DNA of 64,000 bases, from assembly GCA_002633005.1 (NCBI GenBank), contig NMRA01000136.1, positions 423,657-487,656 of the forward strand. Reading direction: 5' to 3'. Source of the stretch: Phoronis australis. Taxonomy: Eukaryota; Animalia; Phoronida. Position 1 is the stretch's first letter. Each line of letters starts with the position of its first letter. The position numbers and the translations under genes are program-made. The notes under the pieces are model-generated. The model saw only the letters and a program-made list of their open reading frames with translations. It was not told the DNA's origin and made no database searches. Positions 62,316 to 64,000 of the stretch are shown here, in pieces.

Positions 62316-64000
62316 GGAGGCAGGGCTAGAGATCTATGGTCGTACTCGTGCTTTCAGTTATGATTCAGCGCTTTGCACCCAGTAAAATAAAATCAAATTG
62401 CCAAAATTAAAAGCAATAATAGAACTCATGTTGCATTTTCAGGATGGTTTTGCTCCGCACTTACCGTGTTCTTGTTCCACGTGACGTCATTAAACATTGA
62501 AGCTACTGACGTTTTGGGCTCCACTTTGTTGGTCCTCAGAATTTTGTGAGTGCAAATTAAAGGAAGTACTTTTATGTTTACTTTAGAGAGGGAGTCAGAA
62601 TTATAGTAGATTGAAACCCATATGCTAGATATTTGAAAATACGTCGATAAACGCGTAAATTCGGATGTTTAGTGATGATGTATGTGCCAATAACAACATG
62701 ACGCGATTTAGACTCACGAATAGGAATAGAAATGCACAGTCACTGCAAAGATGAACAATTTTGCGGGTCTTGAGATTCAGGTAATCACGGGGAATATTTA
62801 GCTTTAACGCGTTTGGATTATTCGAAAAATGTGGCACACATTGCATGCTACCATAGAGTTGAGAAAGATAACAAATGACCAGGTCCATGACCGGGTAATA
62901 ATTTTCGAAATACTTAGTAATTTACAGCGCTGAGTAAATCTGACTTGATTATTGTTATTGGTTCTAACCATGACATTGAAATTTCAATTGAATGCCCAGA
63001 ACGTCAAAACAGTAACGTACTAAACAACCGAATAGCAGTCAGTGAAAACATATCTTACAAAATAGGTCACACTAATCTTGATTGTTTATGTCTGAAGAAA
63101 CTTTTCATCTGATTTTCTTAGATTTAGTTTTAATGAGGAGCATATTCAGGTCGTGTATGTCTAACCCTTCAAAAACAGAACATTAGCATTTTGTATGAAT
63201 AATGAGGAGTGTAGTTTTCTCGCGGCACTATTCGTTTGCTAGAGGGGGTAGTCGCTGACCTGCTTCTCTCAGCGCCGTGAGTGCATTCGTTCATAAAAAC
63301 AGTGAACTCTGGTGAAGATGTTCGGATTCGACAAATGGTGACATGTAGCGCAAGTAAAGCAAGGTTTCGCGCACCCCCACATAAATACACGTGTGCGCAT
63401 ACTCACACAGTTCACACAAGTCACTTTTCATTTGTTTTCAATCGCATTTAAAAGACCGGTCAGGGTATGTTATTGAGAGAAGCAAACGTGAGACCATGAG
63501 TCACTTATTGCATTTGTACGACTATGTCAGTCACCAGGTGGCGAGACCGGCTCGACACCTCGTCAAATCACCGAGAAAAATCAAACAATATTATGTCGTG
63601 GAAATCGATGACATTTGGCACGTCAGCTAAAATAGTTCTACAAAGAACCGTTTTATATCGAGACTGAAAAATACGAGTATAAGGGAAAGAGCAGAAATGA
63701 TACCACGTTATCAAATGTACCAATGATTAATACGTGTGATTACAAGATAATTTCGAGCCTTTTTCGACCGGAAATATTTGCATGTGGTCTTTGGAGATAA
63801 CTCTAACCAGGTATCAGTGAAATAATACACGCTAGTGTTGGCTGACGAAGAAAGTGATAGATACCTGACTGAGCCGAAGTTAACCCGTGGGATGGCCAGA
63901 CTAATTTCGAAGACACGATGTACTTTTGAAATTGCAGTGAAATTATCAATGAAAAATGAAGCTGATAACGTTTGTCGTAAATTTTTGCTTTTCGAAAATG

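Overview
Eukaryotic, intron-rich, AT-rich genomic DNA, most likely from a non-vertebrate bilaterian because it carries a repo-like homeobox gene; the taxon cannot be fixed from sequence alone. Most ORF-track entries are spurious, so genes were rebuilt by hand from GT-AG junctions with phase checks. (1) The 5' nine coding exons of an ABCC1/MRP1-like ABC transporter (minus strand, ATG 22464, running off the left edge). (2) Head-to-head with it, a complete 212-aa HMGB gene (plus, CDS 25195-30584). (3) A 4-exon, 225-aa Q50 PRD-class homeobox gene most like repo (plus, 42189-49080). Its first intron contains (4) an antisense GT31 beta-1,3-galactosyltransferase-like gene (44937-45973). (5) A poorly resolved minus-strand coiled-coil, possibly TRIM-like, gene or pseudogene (about 49950-53080). 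Mobile DNA includes an RNase H-bearing LINE 3' fragment with a 12-bp TSD, a 1-kb palindromic Penelope-like GIY-YIG element with minimal U3-A8 hammerhead motifs in both arms, a second Penelope-like hammerhead remnant, Helentron-like (HINE) elements with arrays of CTCF-like motifs, hAT and Harbinger MITEs, tRNA-derived SINE heads and several minisatellites. The best leads are the repo locus (Gcm-type and paired-homeodomain sites upstream, nested glycosyltransferase), the PLE palindrome with ribozyme and SECIS-like hairpins, a duplicated out-of-frame splice acceptor in ABCC, and nuclear-receptor elements at ABCC. A 720-bp tandem duplication joined by an N is probably an assembly artefact.
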